Below are positions 13,471-25,848 of a stretch of 64,000 nucleotides of DNA, in pieces (position 1 is the stretch's first letter; every line of letters begins with the position of its first letter). A model generated the notes under the pieces. It did no database searches. It was given only the letters and a program-made list of their open reading frames with translations, and was not told where the DNA came from. The stretch spans positions 20,770,001 to 20,834,000 of the forward strand of contig OX638153.1 of the NCBI GenBank assembly GCA_951804945.1, in the 5' to 3' direction. The position numbers and the translations under genes were made by a program. The DNA comes from Podarcis cretensis. Its lineage: Eukaryota.

Positions 13471-13618
13471 GAAGATCCAAAGTGGGAATTTCCTCGGAAG
13501 AACCTGGTGCTTGGCAAAACACTTGGAGAAGGAGAATTTGGGAAAGTCGTCAAGGCAACTGCTTTCAGGCTTAAGGGGAAGGCTGGCTATACTACTGTTG
13601 CAGTCAAAATGCTAAAAG
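13471..13618 (+). CDS. RET: RET exon 12 (kinase Gly-rich loop, VAVK)
   Basis: cacag|[49 protein letters not shown]|gt; 148 bp. Confidence 0.98.
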
Positions 13619-14293
13619 GTACTTTTTCTGCAAGCGCCTGGAAATATCTGCAAATGATTTGGTAACTTATGACAGAGGTCCAGCTTGGAAGCAAAAAGCT
13701 GCCGGATCCCACATACGTTCCAGCCGGATGTCCTAAAGCGTTCTATTTATATTCTGACATTTTCCCCTGTGCTTCATTGATGAGGGCAGTCACTTCCACG
13801 GGGCACAAGGGCAACTTGACTTAGCTTGGCCAATGTAGCTCACTTAAATTGTCATCTCAACAGAGGCATTTGAAGAGCATTCTAAAAATGCTGCACTTTT
13901 CAGCTTTAGCTGAACTCTTTCCTACAGATACTTTAGAGCACAGTATAAAAATAGCACCTCATTGTCACACATAAGATGCGAAAGAGCAACATGCTCACCA
14001 GATCTTTCTCTCTAACTATAGCTGCTCTATCGATATACAATGGCCAGATCTAGAGTATTTGGTTTGTCACAGCAGAGTGTGACAGAAGCAAAGCAGTAGC
14101 TTGGGAGGAAGGCCAGCTTGCCCATGGGTATACCCATTGTTCCTTTTGCTCTCCTTCATCTGCCTTTGTTTTCCTGCATGCAGAATGGTCAGGAAACCCT
14201 TAGCTTAGATATGTCCAGAGTGAAGAGAGAAAGCATGTGGCCTGGTACGGTGCCACTTCCCCAAGCACATTGGCATTGGGCTGCAGTATATCA

Positions 14294-14645
14294 GGGGACG
14301 CGGGTGGCGCTGTGGGTTAAACCACAGAGCCTAGGGCTTGCCGATCAGAAAGTCGCGGTTCGAATCCCTGTGACGGCGTGAGCTCCCGTTGCTCAGTCCC
14401 TGCTCCTGCCAACTTAGCAGTCCGAAAGCACATCAAAGTGCAAGTAGATAAATAGGTACCGTTCCAGCGGGAAGGTAAACGGTGTTTACGTGCGCTGTTC
14501 TGGTACGCCGGAAGCGGCTTAGTCATGCTGGCCACATGACCCGGAAGCTGTACGCCAGCTCCCTTGGCCAATAAAGCAAGATGAGCACCGCAACCCCAGA
14601 ATCGGTCACGACTGGACCTAATGGTCAGGGGTCCCTTTACCTTTT
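14294..14645 (+). mobile_element. Sauria SINE
   Basis: tRNA-like head (ggtggcgctgtgg...ggttcgaatccc), body caagtagataaataggtacc, tail ccctttaccttt; flanking tatcag(ggga) duplication. Confidence 0.92.
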
Positions 14646-16079
14646 TGTATCAGGGGAAGCAGTGATGGGTGAACCAAGGGAGATGAAAGGTAGTATTACC
14701 CATCTCTGCAAAGTGGTAATAACAATTTCAAGTTATGAGATGGTAGGGCTATTAAAAAGCTGAAGATCATCCAGTTGAGATATTTGTACCAGGCAGAATG
14801 TTATAAACCTCAAACAGCAGTTACGGCATTATTAGCCTCTTGTTGGCATCCATCTGTCTTGAGAGACAATGGCTTATGCCTCTGAGGTGAACTCAAACTG
14901 CTGGAGAATCACAGTGTCTGCTGTGGCTACAGAGATCAGTAACTCATAACTGTTGCCTCGTGTGCTGTTTTTGCTGCGTTAGCAACACCAAAGTGACCTC
15001 TCAGGGGCGCAAGCTTGGGCAGTGTGTATGGAGGTCCTGGGCTGCCCAGATGAGAGCCTTGTTGATGTGATCCAAAGGAAAGCACAGCAATACATTGGGC
15101 ACCAGCTTGGCTGCAGGAGTTGCTAGAAGGTGGTGTACTGGACACCATCCAACCATCTTAAGGACTCCAAATTTGGGTAGAGTTTACTCCCTAGTCTTGT
15201 CTTCTCCCAAAGATGTCCTGCAAGGTAGTGGGACATTAACCTGTATCACCCAGTTAATATTGTGACCAAGCAGGAGCTAGCTATCATCATGCCTACAGTG
15301 CAAAGAGGAAGTTTCAGATACCTTAATTCTCAGCATCTGCTTTCAGGTTCTGCTGAGTATGCAGTAACAGTGTCCGTCCCCCCGTCCCCCCAAGAACAAG
15401 GGGATATTAGCAACAGACCTGACTTTTTGGTGCTGAATCATCTGCAAAATATTACTATAAGAGGAGCAGTTTCAGTTAGATTTCTTCTTTAATGTTCTCA
15501 AGTGGTACTCACTGTTTTCCTTTGCCACCACATCGCAGCAAGTTTTTCAGGCAAGATACTCAAAACCATCAAAGAATACAGGAGCAGTTTGGCCTGCATT
15601 TGTTCCCTACCTGCTACATCTTCCTTTGCAATAGAATGATTAGAAGGTTAGGGCTGAGACATGAGGGGTTGTTATGGCAACCCAACTGTTAAAGGTGGGT
15701 GTCAGTTAGAGAATCTAGTGGAGCAAGTGTTTTCAAGATAATCTAAGATTGTTTCATGAAAATAAACAAGCCTGATTCACTTCATGCCTCTCAGACCCTC
15801 TTCTTTGGCTTGGAAGAGGCTAATTTTTTCCACGTGGGTAGAAATCAAGGAAGCACTTTCAATCTCTCTATATATTATTCATTTAAGGCATTTTAAACCT
15901 GCTCTTCAGCTGAAAAAGGCTCCCAGAGTGGTTTACATGAATAATTAAAACAAGGAACACCTTGCCCCTAATTTGTTTAAGATGGTTACTGGTATTTGCA
16001 GCCAGGAAGTGCCAGTATTTCAATATTATGGGAATAGTGTTTGTAATTAATATATTTCTTCCATTGCTCTGTTCTGCAG

Positions 16080-16187
16080 AAAATGCTTCTCAAAGCGAGC
16101 TGAGAGATCTGCATTCGGAGTTCAATCTTTTGAAACAGGTCAACCATCCACATGTCATTAAACTCTATGGAGCTTGCAGCCAAGATG
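16080..16187 (+). CDS. RET: RET exon 13 (kinase helix alphaC)
   Basis: tgcag|[36 protein letters not shown]|gtaagt; 108 bp, phase 1-1. Confidence 0.98.
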
Positions 16188-16229
16188 GTAAGTGAGAGTC
16201 ACACGTTATACAAGTGGGGACCATTTTAG

Positions 16230-16578
16230 TAAAGGTAAAGGGACCCCTGACCATTAGGTCCAGTCATGACCAACTCTGGGATTGCATGCTCATCTCGCTC
16301 TATAGGCTGAGGGAGCTGGCGTTTGTCCGCAGACAGCTACCGGGTCATGTGGGCAGCATGACTAAGCCGCTTCTGGCGAACCAGAGCAGCACATGGAAAC
16401 GCCGTTTACCTTCCCGCCGGAGCGGTACCTATTTATCTACTTGCACTTTGACGTGCTTTCGAACTGCTAGGTTGGCAGGAGCAGGGACTGAACAACATGA
16501 GCTCACCCCATCGCGGGGATTCGAACCGTCAACCTTCTGATCGGCAAGCCCTAGGCTCTGTGGTTCAACCCACAGCGC
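16230..16578 (-). mobile_element. Sauria SINE
   Basis: Reverse complement of the 14294 family; 15-bp TSD tggggacca(t/c)tttag. Confidence 0.92.
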
Positions 16579-17227
16579 TGGGGACCACTTTAGGCATGTC
16601 CAATTTAGCATGACTGCTGACGCATGGGTCCTTTTGAACCTGGAGGAATGGGGTGGGAAAGGGGCAGGGCGGGCTTATGCGCATTCTGTCGATGTGCACT
16701 GTGACCTGGAGCGCAAGCCCCGTGGAAATGGGGAGTTGCCTGTATATAAAATAAGAAAGAGACGGTATGCCGCAAGAGAAATACAAGCTTGGCACAATCA
16801 ATCAATCAATCAATCAGTTTTTTAGTCCTGTGCCCCAAAATATCCATCAGCAGAGGAGGCTGCCCTTTATTTCTGCTGTGGCACTTTCACTGCTCTGGTC
16901 ATTCCTACTTCCAAACATATTCCACTGGGGGCCTGTTCTTGGGCCCTGCCTTTGCATTGGATGCGATTGCTTTTCTGGTGAAAAGATCAACAGAAATCTG
17001 GGCTAAGGAGGCAGCTTGCAGAATCACCGGGCTTTATTGGACAAAGGTGCTGCCGTCTTAGATGTTGAAATACTCCCATTACATGTGTATTAGCTAAAAT
17101 GGTAGTACCTGTGGCCACCTGCTTTGGACATGACAGGGACACTTTCACAGTGATAGGTACAATCCAGCAAAACAAGTAAGAAACGCACATACACCTTACT
17201 GATAACTTTATAGGATTTGGTCAGTTG

Positions 17228-17580
17228 CTGTATTGGCCCGAATATAAGCCACACTCAAATATAAGCCGCACCTTTAAAATTGGAGGGGGGGAGGAAAAAA
17301 AATCCTGAATATAAACAGTTCCCGTCCTCACTCTCTCGCTACTCCTGGCTGCATGCTGGGTGGGTGGGTGGGAGGTGCAATGCATTGCTGGCGGCCTTTC
17401 TTGTTCCTCGCTCTCTCGCTTCCTGGCCTTGGGGGAGAGGACGGGGGACTACACATGGGGTGGGCGCTGCTTTTCTGCGCTCCTGGCTGCATACCATAAG
17501 GTCGCGAATATAAGCCACACTTAAACTTTTCATGGTCTGAATTTGGGGGGAAAGTGAGGCTTATATTTAGGTCAATACAG
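17228..17580. mobile_element. Tc1/mariner-type MITE
   Basis: Same family as 10293-10597; ctgtattggcccgaatataagcc...ggcttatatttaggtcaatacag|TA. Confidence 0.8.
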
Positions 17581-19326
17581 TAAGTGACAGATGCTTAGTT
17601 TAGAAATAATATTCCATAGGACGGTGCAATAAAACAGCCGGAGGGGGAATTATTAGTCTGGTAACTTAGGCACTCATTTCAATAGATCTGATGGCAATTG
17701 TTGTTGCATAGCAACAGTCTCACATTTGAAGGGGAACTGTGCCTTAAGGGACTGGCATGTGATTTGTTATACTGCCATACTGAAGTTGGTTGATTTGTGC
17801 AGCCGTATATTCAGCAGCACCCCCAGTTTCTGAACTTGCTAATCAGCCACATTCATTATATGTTTCCATATGGCACAATTTATAAGAATTTCATTTGTGG
17901 CTGACAGCATGTGGGGAAGGTTTTTGTCAACTCCAAAGCCCTGGGAGCAGGGTTCCACTGGAGTCCCTGGGGTCAGAGTTTTAGTGCCCTGCTTAGCATC
18001 TTGTCCCTCCTATGGCTAGCACAAGAAAGATAAATGACACAAAGTCTATGCAGATGTATTTAATTCGAATAATGTATACAGGCTGCAGCATCCTGCTTTT
18101 GTGTATATAAAATTTGGATTCATTTGGCCTGGAATTTCAGGGTGTTGTTATTTTTAAATCAGAGAAGACACAAAGCCCTGCCTAACAAAGATAAATACAG
18201 AGCTAGGTTTTAAGGTTGGTGAATGAGTAAAATTGATACAAGCTTTAGGGAGAATGCTAGGAATCCTGCTGTTTCTGGTTTGGATGCTTATATTCTCTAC
18301 ATTCTGTTAAAGCTGGGATAGGAGAGCTTTGAACCTCCAGGCCTCTGTGTTCAATATTGTAGCATGGGGGAAAGCATTCATGTGGGTGGCTATGATGAGG
18401 CAAAGCTTGCTAATGGACTGAAATGTCAGGATCCTTTCTGCAGGAATCTATACTTGAGAGCTTTAACAAACCACTGTAATTAGTGTGCAGGGAGCACGAG
18501 ATACTGTGAGGATTACCACAGGCTGCAGAAAATAATGTTCATGCCTTAAACTGAGTGCTTTTGATTGGTTTCTCTGCGCAGACCAATTTGCATAGAAATC
18601 TTCCTTAAACATTCCATAAAACCAAGGAAACATCACAATTTATCTGTCTGACTTTGGAAGAAATGCAGCGTAACACAATTGATTGCTTTTCTTAGACAGG
18701 ATACCCAAAGGCATGTTCCCAGAAATAAGCACTTTTCATTTCAATTGCCTGTCTCCATGGTGGGAGAACACTTCTGAACATAAGAGTTCACCTAATAGCA
18801 CTGGGTTCTGTTGTGCTCTTTTTCATAGAAAAGTTTATATAATGTTCCTTTAGGAGAGCTGGAGGGTGGGGGAAAATCACATCTGGAAACCAGTGTGCGC
18901 CCCTTTGGTTTCAGATAGTACATGGGGTAGATGGGTCTAAAAAGCCCAGGACACAAATTTTCACAGCCTCTAGCAGCTATGGAAGTACATTTACCAGAAG
19001 TAATGTATTTAGCATTAAGTGTATAGTTGATTCTGACCAAACTAAGCCCCCTAGGATTGTGTGCAAATAAGCTTTATATTCAGATTTGCTTGATATGCAT
19101 AATTTAGGCTGTAGTGCTGCAAGGGAGTAAGACCCATGGATCTTAGTGGGACTTAAGTCTGAGTAAGCATTCATAGGACTAGACTGTTAAAACAGGTAAC
19201 AAAATTAAATGGTTTTTTGGGGGTGCAGGTGTGTGTTTGTTTTTAAGCACAAGGTGTATAAATCTTGCTGATATGTTGCTTTACTAATTATTGAGAACAT
19301 TTTTTATGTATCTTTTTATGCCTCAG

Positions 19327-19541
19327 GGCCTTTGTACTTAATAGTCGAATATGCTAAATATGGCTCCTTGAGGAGTTTTCTGAGGGAAAGCCGGAAAGTT
19401 GGGCCCAGCTATGTGGGGAGTGATGCCAACAGGAATTCCAGCTACCTGGACAATCCAGACGAGCGAGTCTTAACCATGGGTGACCTGATCTCGTTTGCAT
19501 GGCAGATATCTCGTGGAATGCAGTACCTTGCTGAAATGAAG
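19327..19541 (+). CDS. RET: RET exon 14 (V804 gatekeeper, hinge, kinase insert)
   Basis: ctcag|[27 protein letters not shown]...[24 protein letters not shown]|gtatgg; 215 bp. Confidence 0.98.
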
Positions 19542-19588
19542 GTATGGCGTCCCTCATTCTCACCCTCTCTCTGTGGCCTTCCAAGTAA

Positions 19589-19783
<195 letters not shown>

Positions 19784-20137
19784 TAATAAGTTGATAAGGA
19801 AACTATACACATTAGTAAGAGAACTTCTGGACACACACATTGAAACGTGTCTAGCAGGACTCATCAGTGCACAAACTTTTATGTGCCTTGAGATTGTAAA
19901 AAGGAATAGCTAATATGGGTTGTGTAAAACCTGTGTATGTAGCCTTCTGTTTTTGATCTTGTGCAAGCTATTTACTTTCAACCCAAGGGTTTTCCCGGGG
20001 CTTCCATGTTTTGCTGTAATCCATATGAATGAAATGCACATTTTCTGATAAAAGGCATATGAGACTACTTGACAACATGCATGTTAAATGTGACAAAAGT
20101 GAAATGAAAACAAATGTGACATGAGAAGCAGTGCTAA

Positions 20138-20251
<114 letters not shown>

Positions 20252-20669
20252 TAAGTCTATGTATTTATGTTCCCTGTCATGCAACTTTGTCTTTGTACTC
20301 ATGCTGTGCCAGAACACCTCGGGCTGAAGAGGCCATCTGCTCTATAGCCCTACTGTAGAAAACAGAGTAAGTTGTAGCAGGCTGGATAGTCAGCTTCTCA
20401 GTCACAAGATACCCAGCATCTCCTGCAAGGAGGAGATTAAACCTTAGCTAGCAGTACCTCAAGGTTTGTTTAACAAGCTTTTACTGGCCAAGGCATTCAT
20501 GAAGCCTCACTTTCAGCTAGCTTTCTGCAGTCCTTCAAACACATTTGCTGTAACACTGGACAATATAAGGTGAAATGGATTGCTATAATCTGGACAAGGC
20601 TGAATTTCCCTAGAATCAGAACCCCTCTAACCCGGGGATGGGCAACCTTTTTTCTGTCAAGGGCAGCAT

Positions 20670-20775
20670 TCATAGAATTGTAGAGTTGGAAGGGAGCACC
20701 AGGGTCATCTAGTCCAATCCCCTGCAATGCAGGAATCCTTTGCCTAATGTGGGCTCGAACCCATGACCTTGAGTC
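20670..20775 (-). mobile_element. tRNA-derived SINE with CR1-like tail, inside a hAT-like remnant
   Basis: catagaattgtagagttggaaggg...ccctgcaatgcagg...ctcgaaccc; same tail as 48633 and 52603 copies. Confidence 0.6.
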
Positions 20776-23216
20776 TGTCAAGGCTGCATGCCCACAGTAG
20801 GCAGGGATAGAGCCAAAAGTGGGCACAGCCACCCATTTTCTCTTTGTCCAGCACCTTGTTTTCTTTGCCCTTCCCCACCAAATGAGCTGCTAGCAGAGGG
20901 ACAGGTCACTCTTGCCACAACACTGTAATGATGAAGGGGGGAACCTTTAATCACTTGATGCCACAGATGCCTTAGATTACGTGATAGTTGCATCCTTGAA
21001 CCTAGTCCATTGTAGGGCATTGTCTCTGACCCTCAGCTCCCCAGCGTGCTATTTTGCCCTGCAAAGAATCCCAGCTCATCAGATTTCATACACAACCAGT
21101 AACCTCTATCTTTAATGTTTGTATAAAGTGGAGGATCTGAGGACATACATAGATCTTGGTGGGAGAAGCCTGGGCCATTCCACTTTCTCTCTTTTGTGCC
21201 GTTATGAAGCACAGAGGCTTTCTTGAATGCAAGCTGGTGAATTTACCCTTCAGAAATCACAGGGTTTTTGTCCATTTTCCTTTTGCTGGCATTCCTGTTT
21301 TCTCTCTCCTTGCCTCAGTAATGTTCTGTATCTGTGAAATAAAATAGACTCCGTCTGAGAAATTGTTTAGTATGAGGTAACATTCCCAGGATGTTAGGTG
21401 TCGGGACTTGTGTGCACAGATGGGGCCCTCGGAATGCAGTTTGAAGAATTGTGCTGGGTTCTGGGCATGAAGAATTCTTTTGTACTTAGCAAGCTTTTTG
21501 CTCATATTCCAGTGACCAGCAGAAGTAACCACAGAATGCTGGGAAATAGCCAGCTTGAACCATACCGGTGGGGTGGGGGGTGGAGAGAGAGACTTTCCAC
21601 CAGCTAATGAGGGGAGCTTAACAAATACAATCTGTCTATTTAACATGTATTCTGCTGGTGACATTACTTTGTGCAAGTGTTCATTCAAGTCCATGTCTCT
21701 CAGCATGATTCATGCTAAGGAACGGTGTTTTGGCAATGTGCACTGATCAGTTATTTAGAACTATAGGTGGCCAACATTCATTTAGTGCTAAACATCCCTG
21801 CAAATCCGTCACCTGAATTTATCAATGTGTTTGTGACCCTTCTGTGGAGCCTTCAACTACAGAAGCATGGAAGGGCAGCATCACCTCCATGTGAACTGCC
21901 AACTGTGGGAAACAATGTTAATCTGATAATGGCAATACAACTCTTATGTCTCAGTTATCTGACTGAAATGTGCTATTTAGCAGTGAACAGGTCTAAGGCA
22001 AACATAAAGCATGATAAAGCACAAGTTACACAGAGCTAGGGAACCTTTGGCCTTTGGGCCAGATTTGGCCCACCAGGCCTTCCAATTTGGTCCACCAGAC
22101 CATTTCCCCAAACCCACACTTACCTGTCCTACACCTGATGTCCCATGTGAAGTCAGTTGCCGGGAAGTTAAAGATGTGGTTGGTTCAGCTCTATGTGCAC
22201 CTGAAACCAGAAGATAGCAAGAATGAATCAATGCTACACATCAATCCTGCTTGGTCAATGTCTACCCCCTGCCCCTTGCTAACTTTATCTAGGTGGGTAG
22301 GCCATTATGATGTCAGATGATTGACAACTGGGTGATTCTGGGTGACAACAGCATAAATTGGTGAGGGACATGGGGAGTGGCAGATCTTCAACAAAAAGCA
22401 ACACAAAATGCAATAAATAAATTGAGCAGGAGCTTGGAATGGGTATAGGTTAGTATACTAACTATCTAGCTAACATGACCCTATAAGGACCCCTCCAATG
22501 CTATAACTAATTCTGTGGCAAACTGTTTTTACAGAAACAAGGGAGAACCTTAGAAATAAAATCCAAATTACTGTAAACCCTGTTTGGCATCATCATAGAG
22601 AGAATGATAAAACTGTGGAAGAGGCACAGATTCAAATAAAAGGCATATAAAGGGAACAGATGAACTTCAAAAACTTTGTGAAAGGTTATCTGACTTAATT
22701 AATTAAACCAAACATCAAGGAAGTTGCAGAAAGTTTCTTTCCATGCTAATAGTAATGGTCTGGTTAAGAAAAGAATGTAAAAAAATCATCATATGACCAA
22801 ATGAGGCAAGCAGTTCAGTTATGCAACCATTTTTGCAAACCAGTTCCTTACTGAAGTAATTTCTTAAAATTTATGAAGCAGAATGATTGCTGCTCCAAGA
22901 GAAAAAGGTTTCAGTTGCCAAAAAATTCAGGAGGAACCCCATCCTAGTGAGTTTAACACAGCTTGTGACTGCAAAGGTGAAGAGTGATGAAAAATTCCTA
23001 GCCACTTACAACACATTCAATCTCATACAGCTCATTAGGAAAATGCACTGTTAATCACTTTGGTTACAGGGTAGTCACTTGCACATTACAAAAGAAGAAG
23101 AAGAAAGAGAGAGAGTACAAGTTTGCCTAAATTTTGCATGTGCTAATAGATACATACATCTATCTCTATGTATAGATGCACATTTATAAATAATGCCTAT
23201 ACCTTAAATAGAACTA

Positions 23217-23768
23217 CAGTGGAACTTTGGTTGTCAAACACTTCGTAAGTCAAACATTTCAGCTTTCAGACACTGACAATCTGGAAGCAATTCCTCCTGA
23301 GGTGCATTTCTCCAATTTCTCTTTTTTTTATAATTTTTATTAATTTTCATCATAAAAATACATACTGTATCACATCACATTTTAACTTTAACAAATTTTC
23401 ACTTTTGGACTTCCTTCAGCCTCTCTGATAATCATCCAAATTAAATTTTTTAATTACACATTTCTTAAATTCACTATTCACCTTTAATACCTGTTTTCTT
23501 TTTTGCAATATTTCTTCAACTTTTACAGAGCTTCTTTAAATGCCACCAACGTTATTTCTCTATCACTTATGCCTTCCCAGTACTCCACCAACTTTCCCCA
23601 ATCCTCGATAAACTTTTGGTCTCGTTGAGAAATTGGAGAAAAACCAAAAGCATTTCTCCAATTTCTCAATGGATTCTACGGACCGTCCATTGAGCCTCGG
23701 TTGTCGAACGTTTCTGAAGTTGAACGGTCTTCTGGAACAGATTACAGTCAACAACTGAGGTTCCGCTG
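23217..23768. mobile_element. Tc1/mariner MITE interrupted by a LINE 3' fragment
   Basis: TA|cagtggaac...gttccgctg|TA; insert 23322-23649 flanked by an 18-bp TSD. Confidence 0.75.
23322..23649 (-). mobile_element. 5'-truncated L1-like 3' end
   Basis: Poly-T and TTTATT at the left end; TSD gcatttctccaatttctc at 23304-23321 and 23650-23667. Confidence 0.75.
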
Positions 23769-24199
23769 TATATTACATTTCACCATTGTGGGGAATACTG
23801 TGGCCAAGTGATCTGTGTGCCTTATCTGTTTGCTGCCCATGTGCTGACTGTTCAGGGACAACTTCAAGGCACCCCCTTCTCCTTTCTTAGGGTTATCTTT
23901 TAATTGGACATAAGCAGGGCAGCTCTTTGAATAGAGGTTTGAGCCACTGATTTAAGGGGAATAGCTGTGTCTCCCTTTCTCTGGATTGTGTTTTGTGACT
24001 AGGATTGTTAATCCTAGTTATTTGAGAACTAAAATAAAGCTTTTCCTTTTTTAAGTTAAATGTGCAATTGCAGCGTGCAGTTCAGCGAAGTTGCAGTAGA
24101 ACATTAGGTTGTATCCATCATTAGTCATATTTAGAGTAGACCCACTGAAATTAATGCAAATGACTAACTTGGATCTATTCTGAGTAAAACTTATTTGTA

Positions 24200-24425
24200 C
24201 AGTGGTACCTCGGGTTAAGTACTTAATTCGTTCCGGAGGTCCGTTCTGAACCTGAAACTGTTCTTAACCTGAAGCACCACTTTAGCTAATGGGGCCTCTT
24301 GCTGCTGCCGTGCCGACGGAGCACGATTTCTGTTCTCATCCTGAAGCAAAGTTCTTAACCTGAAGCACTATTTCTGGGTTAGCGGAGTCTGTAACCTGAA
24401 GCGTATGTAACCTGAGGTACCACTG
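24200..24425. mobile_element. Tc1/mariner MITE
   Basis: TA|cagtggtacctcgggtt...aacctgaggtaccactg|TA; same family (opposite orientation) at 41885 and 51870. Confidence 0.9.
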
Positions 24426-24583
24426 TATACAACCCCATAGATTTTGCAGTGTGAAACCGAATTCTAGAAAGCAATCAGCTTCATCAGATATGTAGATTTA
24501 GTTTCATCAGTGCACAACTGATATGCAGTATGGAGGCTGGAGTAAACTTCAGTGTAAGCCCATTATCCTAATGCTTCCAGTAA

Positions 24584-24745
<162 letters not shown>

Positions 24746-25848
24746 TAAGTAGCATCAAGCTGCCAGCATTGCTAATCAAAGAGATTCCATTAGTTGATTA
24801 TACCAATAAAATATTATGATCAGCTGCTCTAATTTAGGTCTTTTCCAAACAGAGGGTCTTGAAGATGTAGCTTGAGTGAGTTTAGAAAAACAAAGAGGAG
24901 GTGTCACACCTTGCCATCACAATGAATTGTGAAGCAATGAACTCAGACATAAAACTGACATATAAATAGACCTAAGATATGAGCTGGAGCTAGGTGAAAA
25001 ATCTATTCACTGATGCATTTGGGGGAGGCAGGATAATGTACCCATCAGACAATTCGAAACAGAAGTTGAGCATACCCAAAAACTCTTGCCTCAGATCAAA
25101 ACACCCATGGCAGGATAGGCTGTTCATACGCAACCATCATTTTTCCTTGGGGAGCCAATTATACAAGGGTGTAATTCTATGGTTAAGACATGACTGAGTC
25201 ACTCTAATGGTACACCAGCCACATAGGAGCTGCTTGTGGAAAAGGCAGCACCCGTGCCACTATAGAGCATTTCAAGGACACCAATGACTGCTTTTAGGGC
25301 TGCGAGTAAGTTTGTTTCTTCATTCGCTTACACAGTGGCTTAGTTTTTGGCTCAGACAACTTGCAGGCTGAAAGGCATCTTACAAAGGATTTATTTTTTT
25401 TTAGCCACCACCAAAAACATTGGATCCAAAAGCAATTTAACTATAAATGGGTTGATTGTTACGGTATCTTATCTTCCTGTCTGTTCTAGACAGCCATCTC
25501 TCTGTACAGGATCCTGCTTCTCCCTCAGTCCCGGGGAAAGGCAGTAGGCAGCTTTGCGTGGAGTCTTCACTTTTTTAAAACAAAAAACAATGAAGATCAC
25601 ACAATGATAAAATTGAATTCTGCAGCCTGTATAAATTAGATGTCCCAATAGCACCCTGCCTCTGCCTGCTTGCCACTTCCTTGTTGATCACTACGTGATC
25701 TGAGTAGAAGCAACTTGGTTTATACAAGTTGGCCAAGGGTTTTGTGTAGAGGAGGAGGATAAGAAACCATTTTGAGCCAGAGAGTCACATTCCCTTGTGT
25801 GGCTAACCTTCTGAGCGCTGGGCAACGTCACAGTAGTGGAAACTCACC

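Noticed and set aside
14835-15230. Probable degraded interspersed repeat
   Set aside because: Looks repeat-derived, but I could not define ends, TSD or family from this window
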